From an uncultured Bacteroides sp. (GTDB lineage: Bacteria; Bacteroidota; Bacteroidia; Bacteroidales; Muribaculaceae): a stretch of DNA of 43,676 bases. A program made the position numbers and the translations under genes. The stretch is from positions 1 to 43,676 of the forward strand of contig CAYUYQ010000002.1 in NCBI GenBank assembly GCA_964449335.1, in the 5' to 3' direction. The notes below the pieces were generated by a model, which did no database searches, was not told the DNA's origin, and worked only from the letters and a program-made list of their open reading frames with translations. This document shows, piece by piece, positions 8,896-17,248 of this stretch. Position 1 is the first letter of the stretch, and each line of letters begins with the position of its first letter.

Positions 8896-10149
8896 TTATC
8901 GCTTTGAGGTTATATCGATTTCATATTTCTCAACGGCGGGTATAAAGTCCTCCCCTACAGGCGTATCGTTGCGAAGACAGAACATGTCGTAGACAGCATT
9001 CCAAGGCAGTGTCTTACATTCTTCAAGCATTGCCAGGCGCTGGAATTTACGGTCGGTCAGTTCATACTGTCGGAGTGTCTCTGTCGGTTCGAGCAGAGCG
9101 CGGAGCATACATTTCTGAGCCGCACGCGATCCAATCACATATGCACCGATTCGGTTCAGTGTACCGTCGAAATAGTCAAGACCGTAATGCACACGATTCA
9201 ATGCGCCGGCACGAACAATCTCGCTGAAGAGCTCTTGTGTCGGATCATCCATTATCGTGACATGGTCGGAATCCCACCTGACGGGGCGCGATACGTGGAG
9301 CATAAGCTCGGGAACGAACAGTAGCATCGACGAAACTTTGTCGGCAACGCTTTCGGTCGGATGGAAATGGCCCGTGTCGAGCGTAATCATCATATCGTTT
9401 TTAGCGGCATAAGCGGTATAGAAGTCATTTGAGCCGACGGTGTAGCTTTCAAGGCCAATGCCGAACACCTTCGATTCGACAGAATCTTTCATCCATTCAT
9501 ATTTTTTTTCGAAGATTTTGTCGAGCGATTCTTTCAGAAGTTCACGATATAGATAGCGGTTTACAGTTATATCTTTGCTGCCGTCGTGAATCCATGTGTT
9601 GAGTATACAGGGATCATTTTGAGCCTTTCCTATAGCCTCGGCTATAGCGCGGCAGCGGAGAGAGTGTTCAATCCAGAAATCACGGATTGATTTATCGGGA
9701 TTCGAAAGCGTCAAATCGCCGCTCTTAGGGTGTGAGAACGACGTTGAGTTGAAGTCGAGCAATACGTCGTGAGCCTTTCCCCAATCAATCCAGCTTTGGA
9801 AATGAGTTACATCACATTCGTCACGGTCAACTTTCTTACCATTGAAGTCACCGTAGATTTCGTGAAGATTCAAGCGATGCTTTCCGGGAATCAGACTCAT
9901 GGCAAACAGAATGTCGTCGCGGAGTTCCTTGATATCGCGTGCTTTGCCGGGATAATTACCGTTTACCTGAATACCGCCGGTGAGCGTGCTGTTTGTGTTT
10001 TCAAAACCGGTCACATCGTCGGCTTGCCAACAATGAATGCTGAGATGAAAATCCTGCATTTTCTTCAGGACGTCCTCAGTGTCAACACCGATTGCTGCAT
10101 AGCGGTCCTTTGCTATCTCATAGGCCTGATTGATCTGTCGTTCGTTCAT
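8896..10149 (-). CDS. rhaA: L-rhamnose isomerase
   Basis: SIHCWQADDVTGFE, GNYPGKAR, RLNLHEIY, LDTGHFHPTE and HVSRPVRWDSDHV. Confidence 0.96.
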   Translation of the reverse strand: MNERQINQAYEIAKDRYAAIGVDTEDVLKKMQDFHLSIHCWQADDVTGFENTNSTLTGGIQVNGNYPGKARDIKELRDDILFAMSLIPGKHRLNLHEIYGDFNGKKVDRDECDVTHFQSWIDWGKAHDVLLDFNSTSFSHPKSGDLTLSNPDKSIRDFWIEHSLRCRAIAEAIGKAQNDPCILNTWIHDGSKDITVNRYLYRELLKESLDKIFEKKYEWMKDSVESKVFGIGLESYTVGSNDFYTAYAAKNDMMITLDTGHFHPTESVADKVSSMLLFVPELMLHVSRPVRWDSDHVTIMDDPTQELFSEIVRAGALNRVHYGLDYFDGTLNRIGAYVIGSRAAQKCMLRALLEPTETLRQYELTDRKFQRLAMLEECKTLPWNAVYDMFCLRNDTPVGEDFIPAVEKYEIDITSKR

Positions 10150-10159
10150 GTCGAATTTA

Positions 10160-11629
10160 TTATTTGGTTATTATTTTTTCATATCGATAATACGCTTCCT
10201 GCCATTTCTCTCTGTCGGCGGGATAAAATATCGTCACGTCAGTATTTTCGGCAATTATGCTACGCATCTCCGCGAGCGAGGAGACTATGCCGCATGCTTT
10301 TGCCTGCATCATGACGTTGCCTATTGCGGTCGCTTCTGCCGGACCTGCAATTACCGGTAGGCCTATAGCGTCGGCAGTAAACTGATTCAGCAGGTTGTTG
10401 CGGGAGCCTCCACCAATCACGTGAAGCCGTTTTATATCGTTAAAAGATATCTCTGTAAACAGAGTTAAAACCCATCGGTATTTTAGAGCAAGGCTTTCAA
10501 ACACAAGACGAATTATCTCAGCATGTGTCCGCGGAACCGACTGGCCGGTACGCCGGCAATAATCACATATAGCGTCGGGCATGTTGGCCGGACAAGTAAA
10601 CGCTGCGTCATCCGGGTCGATAAATGACGTGAATTCAGACGCGGTTTCTGCCATGCGTACCATTTCAGGGTATGAGTAATCATATCCCTCTGTACGCCAT
10701 GCGGCCAGACATTGCTCAATAATCCACATTCCGGTGATGTTTTTGAGCAGTCTAACCGTTCCGTCTACGCCACCTTCATTTGTTATATTATTGGTATAAG
10801 TGAATTCGTTGATTACCGGAACGGCCGATTCAATTCCCATCAGCGACCACGTCCCGCTTGAAAGGAAGGCGAAGCATGAATCTTCGGCCGGCACAGCTAC
10901 CACAGCCGAAGCCGTATCGTGGCCGGCTACAGCCACAACCGAGACAGTCGCCATACCCGTCTCAGCGCTGACGCTTTCACGAAGCTTCCCGATGATGGTT
11001 CCGGGCTGTACCAGCTCGCCGAATTTATCGGCTGTAAGTGATACCGACTCCAAGATTTTGGCATCAAAATTCCGCTCCGTCGGATTTAGCAACGCACTTG
11101 TTGAGGCGATGGTATATTCCGTGATGTGGCGTCCGGTGAGAAGATAAGCCAGAGCGTCGGGCGTAAAGGCTATTTTAGCCGCTGTCTGCATTGCAAGCGA
11201 GTCACGCAGTTCGTTAAATTGGTAGACGGTATTGAAATCCATCTGTTGGATTCCTGTACGCATGTACAGTTCTTCAGAACTCATTACTTTATCCGAGAAA
11301 CGTATCGCCGCTCCATTATAAAGCGAATCGCGATAGGCTCGCGGAAGCCCGATTAATGACCCATCGACGGCAAAGCAAGCGAAATCTACTCCCCATGTGT
11401 CTATTCCTATTGAGTCGGGAGTGATACCGCGGATTGCCACTTTTGTCAGACCTTCCTTTATATTTTCGAAAAGCGAGTGGATATTCCAGTAGAGATGACC
11501 GTCATGGTTTATCATTTTATTGGGGAAACGGTTGATTTCCTCAATACTGAGATTGTGTTTATCGTCAATCGACGCAAGAATGGTGCGTCCGCTCGTGGCC
11601 CCGAGGTCTACTGCTACAAAGTACGGCAT
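10160..11629 (-). CDS. rhaB: Rhamnulokinase
   Basis: AVDLGATSGR, GIDTWGVD, HDTASAV, SSGTWSLMG, NEGG and GGGS are FGGY kinase motifs; first gene of the rha operon. Confidence 0.93.
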   Translation of the reverse strand: MPYFVAVDLGATSGRTILASIDDKHNLSIEEINRFPNKMINHDGHLYWNIHSLFENIKEGLTKVAIRGITPDSIGIDTWGVDFACFAVDGSLIGLPRAYRDSLYNGAAIRFSDKVMSSEELYMRTGIQQMDFNTVYQFNELRDSLAMQTAAKIAFTPDALAYLLTGRHITEYTIASTSALLNPTERNFDAKILESVSLTADKFGELVQPGTIIGKLRESVSAETGMATVSVVAVAGHDTASAVVAVPAEDSCFAFLSSGTWSLMGIESAVPVINEFTYTNNITNEGGVDGTVRLLKNITGMWIIEQCLAAWRTEGYDYSYPEMVRMAETASEFTSFIDPDDAAFTCPANMPDAICDYCRRTGQSVPRTHAEIIRLVFESLALKYRWVLTLFTEISFNDIKRLHVIGGGSRNNLLNQFTADAIGLPVIAGPAEATAIGNVMMQAKACGIVSSLAEMRSIIAENTDVTIFYPADREKWQEAYYRYEKIITK

Positions 11630-11659
11630 ACGTTTTAGCTATATGAATGAATCACACTG

Positions 11660-11667
11660 CAAAAGTA
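11660..11667 (-). promoter_or_regulatory. -7 box TACTTTTG for rhaBATD
   Basis: caaaagta on the + strand, 31 nt upstream of the rhaB ATG. Confidence 0.65.
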
Positions 11668-11689
11668 TTCACGCGTTGTGCTACACCGG

Positions 11690-11723
11690 TTTTTCAAATT
11701 GACAATTGTTTTTTGTAAATTGA
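11690..11723. promoter_or_regulatory. Tandem direct repeat with 21-bp period; candidate AraC-family (RhaR) binding site
   Basis: tttttcAAATTGA (11690-11702) and ttttgtAAATTGA (11711-11723), adjoining the -33 region of the rhaB promoter. Confidence 0.6.
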
Positions 11724-11765
11724 TTAAAACTATCACAAAAATAAAGCTGCCAAGTAATTTTCCGC

Positions 11766-11773
11766 TATATTTG
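11766..11773 (+). promoter_or_regulatory. -7 box TATATTTG for the AraC regulator
   Basis: Lies about 21 nt before ATG 11795. Confidence 0.65.
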
Positions 11774-11794
11774 CAAAAACTTAAACTCCGCACC

Positions 11795-12694
11795 ATGAAG
11801 CCCCAGAATCCAAAGGCCCAAAGCGATTTGCGATATGTCAACATCAGTTCCCCCGATGAATCGTGGGGATTGTATGTCACTACGGCCGGATTCCAACGCA
11901 TATCACCGAGCGGAGCCTATCCCTCAAAAGCTCTCGACCGTCAGGATTATTACTTCCAACCGCAGAAAGGGCGCGTGCTGTCCGAATATCAGCTTATATA
12001 TATTGTGGAGGGTAGCGGAGTCTTTCAATCAGCATCCTCTCCCCCTAGAAAAGTGCGTGCCGGCACAGTCATAATGCTTTTTCCGGATGAGTGGCACACC
12101 TATGCGCCCGACCAGAGCGGGTGGGCTGAACATTGGGTTGGCTTCAAAGGCGAAATAATTCAAAAGTGGATTGCCAACGGATTTTTCTCACCCGAACGCC
12201 CGCTTCACGAAATAGGCATAAGCCACACGATTATCGATCTTTACGAGCGAATACTTCATAATTCGCTCGAAGAGCGAATTGGTTACCAGCAACTCGTAGC
12301 AGGCCAATTGCTAAATCTCATAGGCGAGATATATTACCGTGAGAAAAACATAATATATGGTGAGTCGGATGCCGTCAAGAAAATAATTCAGGCTCGCGAG
12401 ATGATGAAGCAGAATATTGAGCGTCCGCTTCCGCTTACGTTGATTGCCGAGAAACTTTGCGTGAGCTATTCCTGGTTCCGACGCATGTTTAAGGAGTATA
12501 CCGGAGTCTCCCCCGCCCTATATCAGCAGAATCTACGTCATTTACGGGCAAAGGAATTGCTGTCATCCACCTCAATCAGCATTTCGGAGATTGCCTATCT
12601 CCTGAATTTCGAAGGTGTTTCGCAGTTCTCAATCTCCTTTACTAAGAAAGAGGGTATGCCACCTTCGCAATTCCGGAAAAACTGCGGTCATTGA
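11795..12694 (+). CDS. rhaR: AraC-family transcriptional regulator, probable rhamnose regulator
   Basis: N-terminal cupin (GRVLSEYQLIYIVEGSG...FPDEWHTYAP) and C-terminal double HTH (SYSWFRRMFKEYTGVSP...SISEIAYLLNF...FTKKEGMPP). Divergent from rhaB. Start reassigned to ATG 11795. Confidence 0.85.
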   Translation: MKPQNPKAQSDLRYVNISSPDESWGLYVTTAGFQRISPSGAYPSKALDRQDYYFQPQKGRVLSEYQLIYIVEGSGVFQSASSPPRKVRAGTVIMLFPDEWHTYAPDQSGWAEHWVGFKGEIIQKWIANGFFSPERPLHEIGISHTIIDLYERILHNSLEERIGYQQLVAGQLLNLIGEIYYREKNIIYGESDAVKKIIQAREMMKQNIERPLPLTLIAEKLCVSYSWFRRMFKEYTGVSPALYQQNLRHLRAKELLSSTSISISEIAYLLNFEGVSQFSISFTKKEGMPPSQFRKNCGH

Positions 12695-12708
12695 GTCACT
12701 CCGGTCTG

Positions 12709-15150
12709 TCATGACAATTCGACAACGGTGATTCCGGCGCCACCGAACTGCACATGTTCATCGTGGAAACTCCTCACGCCGTTTACTCCTTTCAGATAAT
12801 CGCGTATATACTGACGCAAGGCTCCGGTGCCGGTTCCGTGGAGTATTCTTACCTGCTCTGCTCCGAACTGGATTGCATCATCAATAAAATAGGTCACAGC
12901 CTGCACTGCCTCGTCGACTCTCATTCCACGCACATCAATCTCACGCTTGAAGTTGAGCTGACGGTTGCGGCTATCGGCGGTTGTTGAGGCGCTGATAAAC
13001 GACGTAGCTCCTGCCCCTGACTTTATCGTGGCATCAGAAGGCTTAAGTCTTTTAAGCTTGACGGTGGTTTTAAGCATGCCGAAATTGACGGTGGCATTCT
13101 CACCATTAATCTCCAGAACTTTACCCGGGACGCCCGATCCGTCGAGTTTCACGGTATCACCAACAGCGATTGCAACCTTTGTTTCCGTTGGTGTCGGTTG
13201 CGTTTTTTTCTTTTTGGGCGCTTTTTTAAGCAGGTCGGGGTCTTTAGGACGCGAAGCGGTGATTGTCTTACCTTCGTTCTTTAGCTTGTTTCGTGCTTCG
13301 AGAGTCTTTTCCTTATCGGCCTGCGTTTTGCGGATTTCGTGAATTGTACGCTCGATTACAGCGTTTGAACTGTCGATTATCTGTCGGGCCTGCGTTTTTG
13401 CATCGTCTATTATCTCGCGACGATGAGTGCGCAGATTTTCTGCATCAGCCTCGTAGCGCGATATGGTTTCTTCGAGTTTCTTTTCTTTGATTCTTATTTG
13501 CTGGCGCTTGTTATCCCAGTAGCGACGGTCGCGGGCTATGTCGAGAAGGTATTTGTCAAGATTCACATAGTCACTGCCCACAATCTCCTCAGCCGAACTT
13601 ATAATCTGTTGTGATAAGCCGATTTTGCGGGCTATCTCAAGAGCAAACGAACTGCCGGGATTACCGATTGACAATTTAAATAGTGGCTGCATCAGATGGC
13701 GATCGTAGAGCATCGAGCCGTTAATCAGACCCGGGGTGTCGTCGGCAAAATGCTTCAGATTCTGATAGTGTGTGGTGATGACACCCCACATTCCTTTTTC
13801 GTTGAACTGCTGAAGTACGGCCTGAGCGATAGCTCCGCCAATCTGAGGCTCTGTTCCTGCTCCAAACTCGTCGACGAGTACGAGCGACGACGCACCGCCT
13901 CGGGCAAGAATCTCTTTCATGTCACGCAAATGCGAGCTATAGGTGCTCAAATCATCTTCTATCGATTGGTTATCGCCGATTTCAATGAATATATCCTTGA
14001 AAATACCGCAGTGAGAATTTTCATAGAGTGGCGGAAGAAGTCCGCACTGCAGCATATACTGCACCATACCTACGGTTTTCAGACACGCTGATTTACCTCC
14101 GGCATTCGGGCCGGAAACAATCAGTATTCTGTTTTCGGTAGTTAGTGTGATGTCAAGCGGCACAATCTCCTTTCCCTGCTTTTCAAGCGATGAACGCAAC
14201 ACGGGATGACACGCATGATACCACTCCATTTCCGGATGCGGGTGAAGTGTTGGTTTGCACGCATCGGTCTGCCGCCCGTACAAAGCCTTTGCATTAATGA
14301 AATCAAGTTGCCCTACCACGAAATTGCTCCGCTCAATTTCCTCGGCGTATGGTTTTATTTCACTGCATACAGCCGCTATGATACGTGCTATCTCCCGACG
14401 TTCGTCCATTTCAAGCTCACGCAGACGGTTATTTGCCTCCACTACTTCTGCCGGCTCTATAAAGACTGTCTTTCCGGTTGCCGACGAGTCGTGCACTATA
14501 CCAGATATCTGTCTTTTATACATCGGCGAGACGGGAATCACAAGACGCCCGTCGCGCATGGTCGGCGAAGCGTCGGCATCGATTATTCCCTCTTTGAGTG
14601 CGTGGCTCATCACACGGCGCATGGCTGCGTTTACCGACCCCGACATGCTTTGAATCCGCCGTCTTATATCAGCCAGTTCGGCTGAAGCTGAATCCTTCAC
14701 ATTGCCATAGCGATCGAGGACACGGTCGATTATGCGGCAACAATCCGGAAACGTCACTATCTCTGCCGCTATTGAATCGAGATGGCTTGCACGACTCCTC
14801 CCCTCATCATCTTTAAGAGATTTGAAAAAGGTATCGATTTCTTTCATCGATTCAAGCGCCTTTCTGATTGAAAGAAGTTCCTGCGGTGAGATGAAACTAC
14901 CGCCAAGCATGATTCCCTTTAGTTCGGCCGAAATATCCTGCACGTTGCCCATCGGCAGTGACTCCGCGCCTGATATAAGAGCCAGCATCTCATCAACGGC
15001 CGACAGATTGAAGTCGACCGTGTCAAAATCATACGAAAAACTCATGGCCTCGGTATTTTCACGCGCCATTTCCGAATGACATAGCGATGCTATCTGTTTC
15101 TTTATAGCAGTAAATCCTATCTTTTGCTCAAAACTCGAGGGGAATATCAT
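12709..15150 (-). CDS. mutS2: MutS2 (ATPase with C-terminal Smr domain)
   Basis: SGPNAGGKS Walker A, LSTYSSH, VDEFGAGTEP, TTHY, GNPGSSFALEIA, and Smr motifs IDVRGMRVDEA...ILHGTGTG...GGAGITVV. Confidence 0.95.
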   Translation of the reverse strand: MIFPSSFEQKIGFTAIKKQIASLCHSEMARENTEAMSFSYDFDTVDFNLSAVDEMLALISGAESLPMGNVQDISAELKGIMLGGSFISPQELLSIRKALESMKEIDTFFKSLKDDEGRSRASHLDSIAAEIVTFPDCCRIIDRVLDRYGNVKDSASAELADIRRRIQSMSGSVNAAMRRVMSHALKEGIIDADASPTMRDGRLVIPVSPMYKRQISGIVHDSSATGKTVFIEPAEVVEANNRLRELEMDERREIARIIAAVCSEIKPYAEEIERSNFVVGQLDFINAKALYGRQTDACKPTLHPHPEMEWYHACHPVLRSSLEKQGKEIVPLDITLTTENRILIVSGPNAGGKSACLKTVGMVQYMLQCGLLPPLYENSHCGIFKDIFIEIGDNQSIEDDLSTYSSHLRDMKEILARGGASSLVLVDEFGAGTEPQIGGAIAQAVLQQFNEKGMWGVITTHYQNLKHFADDTPGLINGSMLYDRHLMQPLFKLSIGNPGSSFALEIARKIGLSQQIISSAEEIVGSDYVNLDKYLLDIARDRRYWDNKRQQIRIKEKKLEETISRYEADAENLRTHRREIIDDAKTQARQIIDSSNAVIERTIHEIRKTQADKEKTLEARNKLKNEGKTITASRPKDPDLLKKAPKKKKTQPTPTETKVAIAVGDTVKLDGSGVPGKVLEINGENATVNFGMLKTTVKLKRLKPSDATIKSGAGATSFISASTTADSRNRQLNFKREIDVRGMRVDEAVQAVTYFIDDAIQFGAEQVRILHGTGTGALRQYIRDYLKGVNGVRSFHDEHVQFGGAGITVVELS

Positions 15151-15178
15151 ATCAAATTTCCAATCTTTAGTTGCACTG

Positions 15179-15186
15179 CAAATTTA
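15179..15186 (-). promoter_or_regulatory. -7 box TAAATTTG for mutS2
   Basis: caaattta on the + strand, 29 nt upstream of the ATG. Confidence 0.65.
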
Positions 15187-15288
15187 CCAAATTATGCTTG
15201 AATAGCCAAACATTGTAATTGTGCGAAACTATTTCAACAGCTGCGGTGTTTTAGTATCAAGAAAATGTTTTAACTTAAAATTATATTT

Positions 15289-15846
15289 ATGAAAGAGATT
15301 AATCTTAACTATTGGGGCCGCACCAAAAATTGGTGGATTGTGCTCGCCGTAGGTATTCTTATGGTTCTCTGTGGTTTCGCTTACTGGTTCTGGCCGGTAG
15401 CCGGATTTGCAATTGCATCACAGATTTTCGGCTGGATGATGATTCTTGCCGGTGCTGTTCAGCTCATCGTCGCATCTGATAAAGTTCGTCCCCGCGGTTG
15501 GGGCTGGTGGCTTGTCGGAGGCGTGATTGACATCTTTATTGGATTCATGCTTGTCAGAAGCATTATTCTTTCTGAAATGGTATTCCCTTATTTCATTGCA
15601 ATCGTGTTCCTCTTCTGGGGTATAAGCGCAATATTCAGCGCAATCGGACAGCGCGAGCGTAAATACTGGTGGGTTTACCTTATCAACGGCATCCTTATGA
15701 TGGTTATCGGATTTTTCTTCATCGAAGCCGGATGGGTACAGGACATGCTTATGACAAGCTTCCTCACCTCACTCGCCTTTATCTACTGGGGATTCTCTAT
15801 CGCAATGCTCAGCTATGATATGCGCCCCATTGAGAAAAAGGATTAA
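15289..15846 (+). CDS. HdeD/DUF308 family membrane protein
   Basis: Six hydrophobic helices with repeated WW.l..Gi motifs (NWWIVLAVGIL, GWGWWLVGGVIDIFIG, YWWVYLINGIL). Confidence 0.82.
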   Translation: MKEINLNYWGRTKNWWIVLAVGILMVLCGFAYWFWPVAGFAIASQIFGWMMILAGAVQLIVASDKVRPRGWGWWLVGGVIDIFIGFMLVRSIILSEMVFPYFIAIVFLFWGISAIFSAIGQRERKYWWVYLINGILMMVIGFFFIEAGWVQDMLMTSFLTSLAFIYWGFSIAMLSYDMRPIEKKD

Positions 15847-15883
15847 TCTTCGGTTGCCATAGAGCAACAGACAGAAATCACAC

Positions 15884-15924
15884 GACGTGGTTTTGTATCT
15901 TCGGATGCAGAACCACGTCTGTTT
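15884..15924 (+). terminator. Intrinsic terminator after the hdeD-like gene
   Basis: gacgtggttttgtatc-TTCG-gatgcagaaccacgtc is a 16-bp stem with a C(UUCG)G loop, followed by tgttt. Confidence 0.8.
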
Positions 15925-15981
15925 AATAGTTAAAAATATCGAAATTTATTCCGATAGCATCCTGACAAACGTTTATATTAC

Positions 15982-15989
15982 TAAATTTG
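15982..15989 (+). promoter_or_regulatory. -7 box TAAATTTG; implies a leader of about 110 nt before 16109
   Basis: Exact consensus just downstream of the preceding terminator. Confidence 0.65.
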
Positions 15990-16108
15990 TAGTATGAGAG
16001 CATGGAAGGCTTAAACCATTGGCTCTTCCGGAAGTCCAATTCAACAGAGAATGATTCCGTCACTCTCATTCATAATCGAAAACATCACAATTTAATCTCA
16101 ATAGATAT

Positions 16109-17083
16109 ATGAAATTACGACTACTGACAATCTCCGCTGCCCTGTTACTTGGAGGTATCGGCGTAATCTCTGCACAGAACTATGATGACGACGATATCTA
16201 TTTCAACCCCGACAAGGCAAAGAAATCGGCGCCCGCTAAAAAGAAAACTCCTGCAAAGGCGTCGCCTAATGCTATAATCTATTATCCAGTGTCTGACTTT
16301 CCGGCTGCCGACACTTATGCACCCGCACAAACCTCTACGCGTGATATCGATGAGTATAACCGCCGTGGAATATTTGCCACTGACTCTATCCCCTACGATT
16401 CAATCGGCAATATTGATTTCCAGTGGACTCGTCAGATTGAGAAGTATCATAATCCCGAGGTGGTGAAAGGCTCTTCCGATCCGGAGCTTGCTCAATATTA
16501 TTATGCCGAACCCGCCAACGTCAATATCATTGTCAATGGTCCGGGATATTGGGGTTATCCCTATTACGGTAGTTATTATTACGGATATCCCGGGTCGTGG
16601 GCATGGCGCAACTACTGGAACAATTACTGGTGGGGCCCGTCGCTTGGCTGGAGTGTAGGTTGGGAATGGGGTCCTTCGTGGGCCTGGGGTCCCGGATGGA
16701 ACTGGGGATGGGGCCCGGCATGGAGTGGCTGGTATCCTCCGGTGCCTCCTCATCGCCCCGGTGTAGGAAATGTACGTCCGCCCTACAACAACCGTCACAA
16801 TGGTTATATGGGCAATGTTCGCCCCGGCTATGCTCAGGGTAACTCGCGTCCCGGAGTCGGAAGTTCTTCGATTGGCAATACTCGCCCGTCGAATAGCGGA
16901 CAGCGCCCCGGCCGATATAACAACAACGGCTCTAACAATCGTCCGAGCCGCAATTACAACACAAACCAGAACACCACGACACCAAGCTATAACAACAGTG
17001 GGTTCCGCGGAGGCAACTCCGGAGGATTCGGAGGTGGAGGCGGCTATCGTGGTGGCGGTGGAAGCAGAGGCGGACGCCACTAA
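16109..17083 (+). CDS. Exported low-complexity protein (Tyr/Trp/Gly-rich core, Asn/Arg/Gly RGG tail), function unknown
   Basis: Signal peptide, then YDDDDIYFNP and RDIDEYNRRG, WG repeats, and a C-terminal FRGGNSGGFGGGGGYRGGGGSRGGRH. Confidence 0.8.
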   Translation: MKLRLLTISAALLLGGIGVISAQNYDDDDIYFNPDKAKKSAPAKKKTPAKASPNAIIYYPVSDFPAADTYAPAQTSTRDIDEYNRRGIFATDSIPYDSIGNIDFQWTRQIEKYHNPEVVKGSSDPELAQYYYAEPANVNIIVNGPGYWGYPYYGSYYYGYPGSWAWRNYWNNYWWGPSLGWSVGWEWGPSWAWGPGWNWGWGPAWSGWYPPVPPHRPGVGNVRPPYNNRHNGYMGNVRPGYAQGNSRPGVGSSSIGNTRPSNSGQRPGRYNNNGSNNRPSRNYNTNQNTTTPSYNNSGFRGGNSGGFGGGGGYRGGGGSRGGRH

Positions 17084-17155
17084 ACTCTCAGGCTAAAGAT
17101 TTATTTTCTAATACTAGCCATTAAAGCTTCAGCTACTTCGATAGCATTTACCATC

Positions 17156-17204
17156 ATGCCGGAACGTAACAGGCAACAGAACTATTACGCTCCGGCATTT
17201 GTTT
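17156..17204 (+). terminator. Intergenic stem-loop (terminator/attenuator or mRNA stabiliser)
   Basis: atgccggaacgtaa...ttacgctccggcat followed by ttgttt, between two co-oriented genes. Confidence 0.55.
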
Positions 17205-17248
17205 CAACTCAAAGATAGTTTCTCAAAATCCAAAAAATAATTCAGAAG

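Noticed and set aside
11678-11794. Longer N-termini given by the ORF track for rhaR (and likewise at 2519, 6895, 19057, 34714, 35656)
   Set aside because: The extensions run through promoter boxes or AT-rich intergenic DNA; downstream ATGs fit the family N-termini better.
16600-16730. Short quasi-periodic tggggg/tggaac repeats suggesting a CRISPR or tandem array
   Set aside because: They encode the W-G protein repeats; there is no constant repeat-spacer structure and no cas genes.
16400-17080. 226-aa - strand ORF and other overlapping frames in the low-complexity gene
   Set aside because: Expected stop-free antisense of a Gly/Asn/Tyr/Pro-biased gene; no recognisable motifs.
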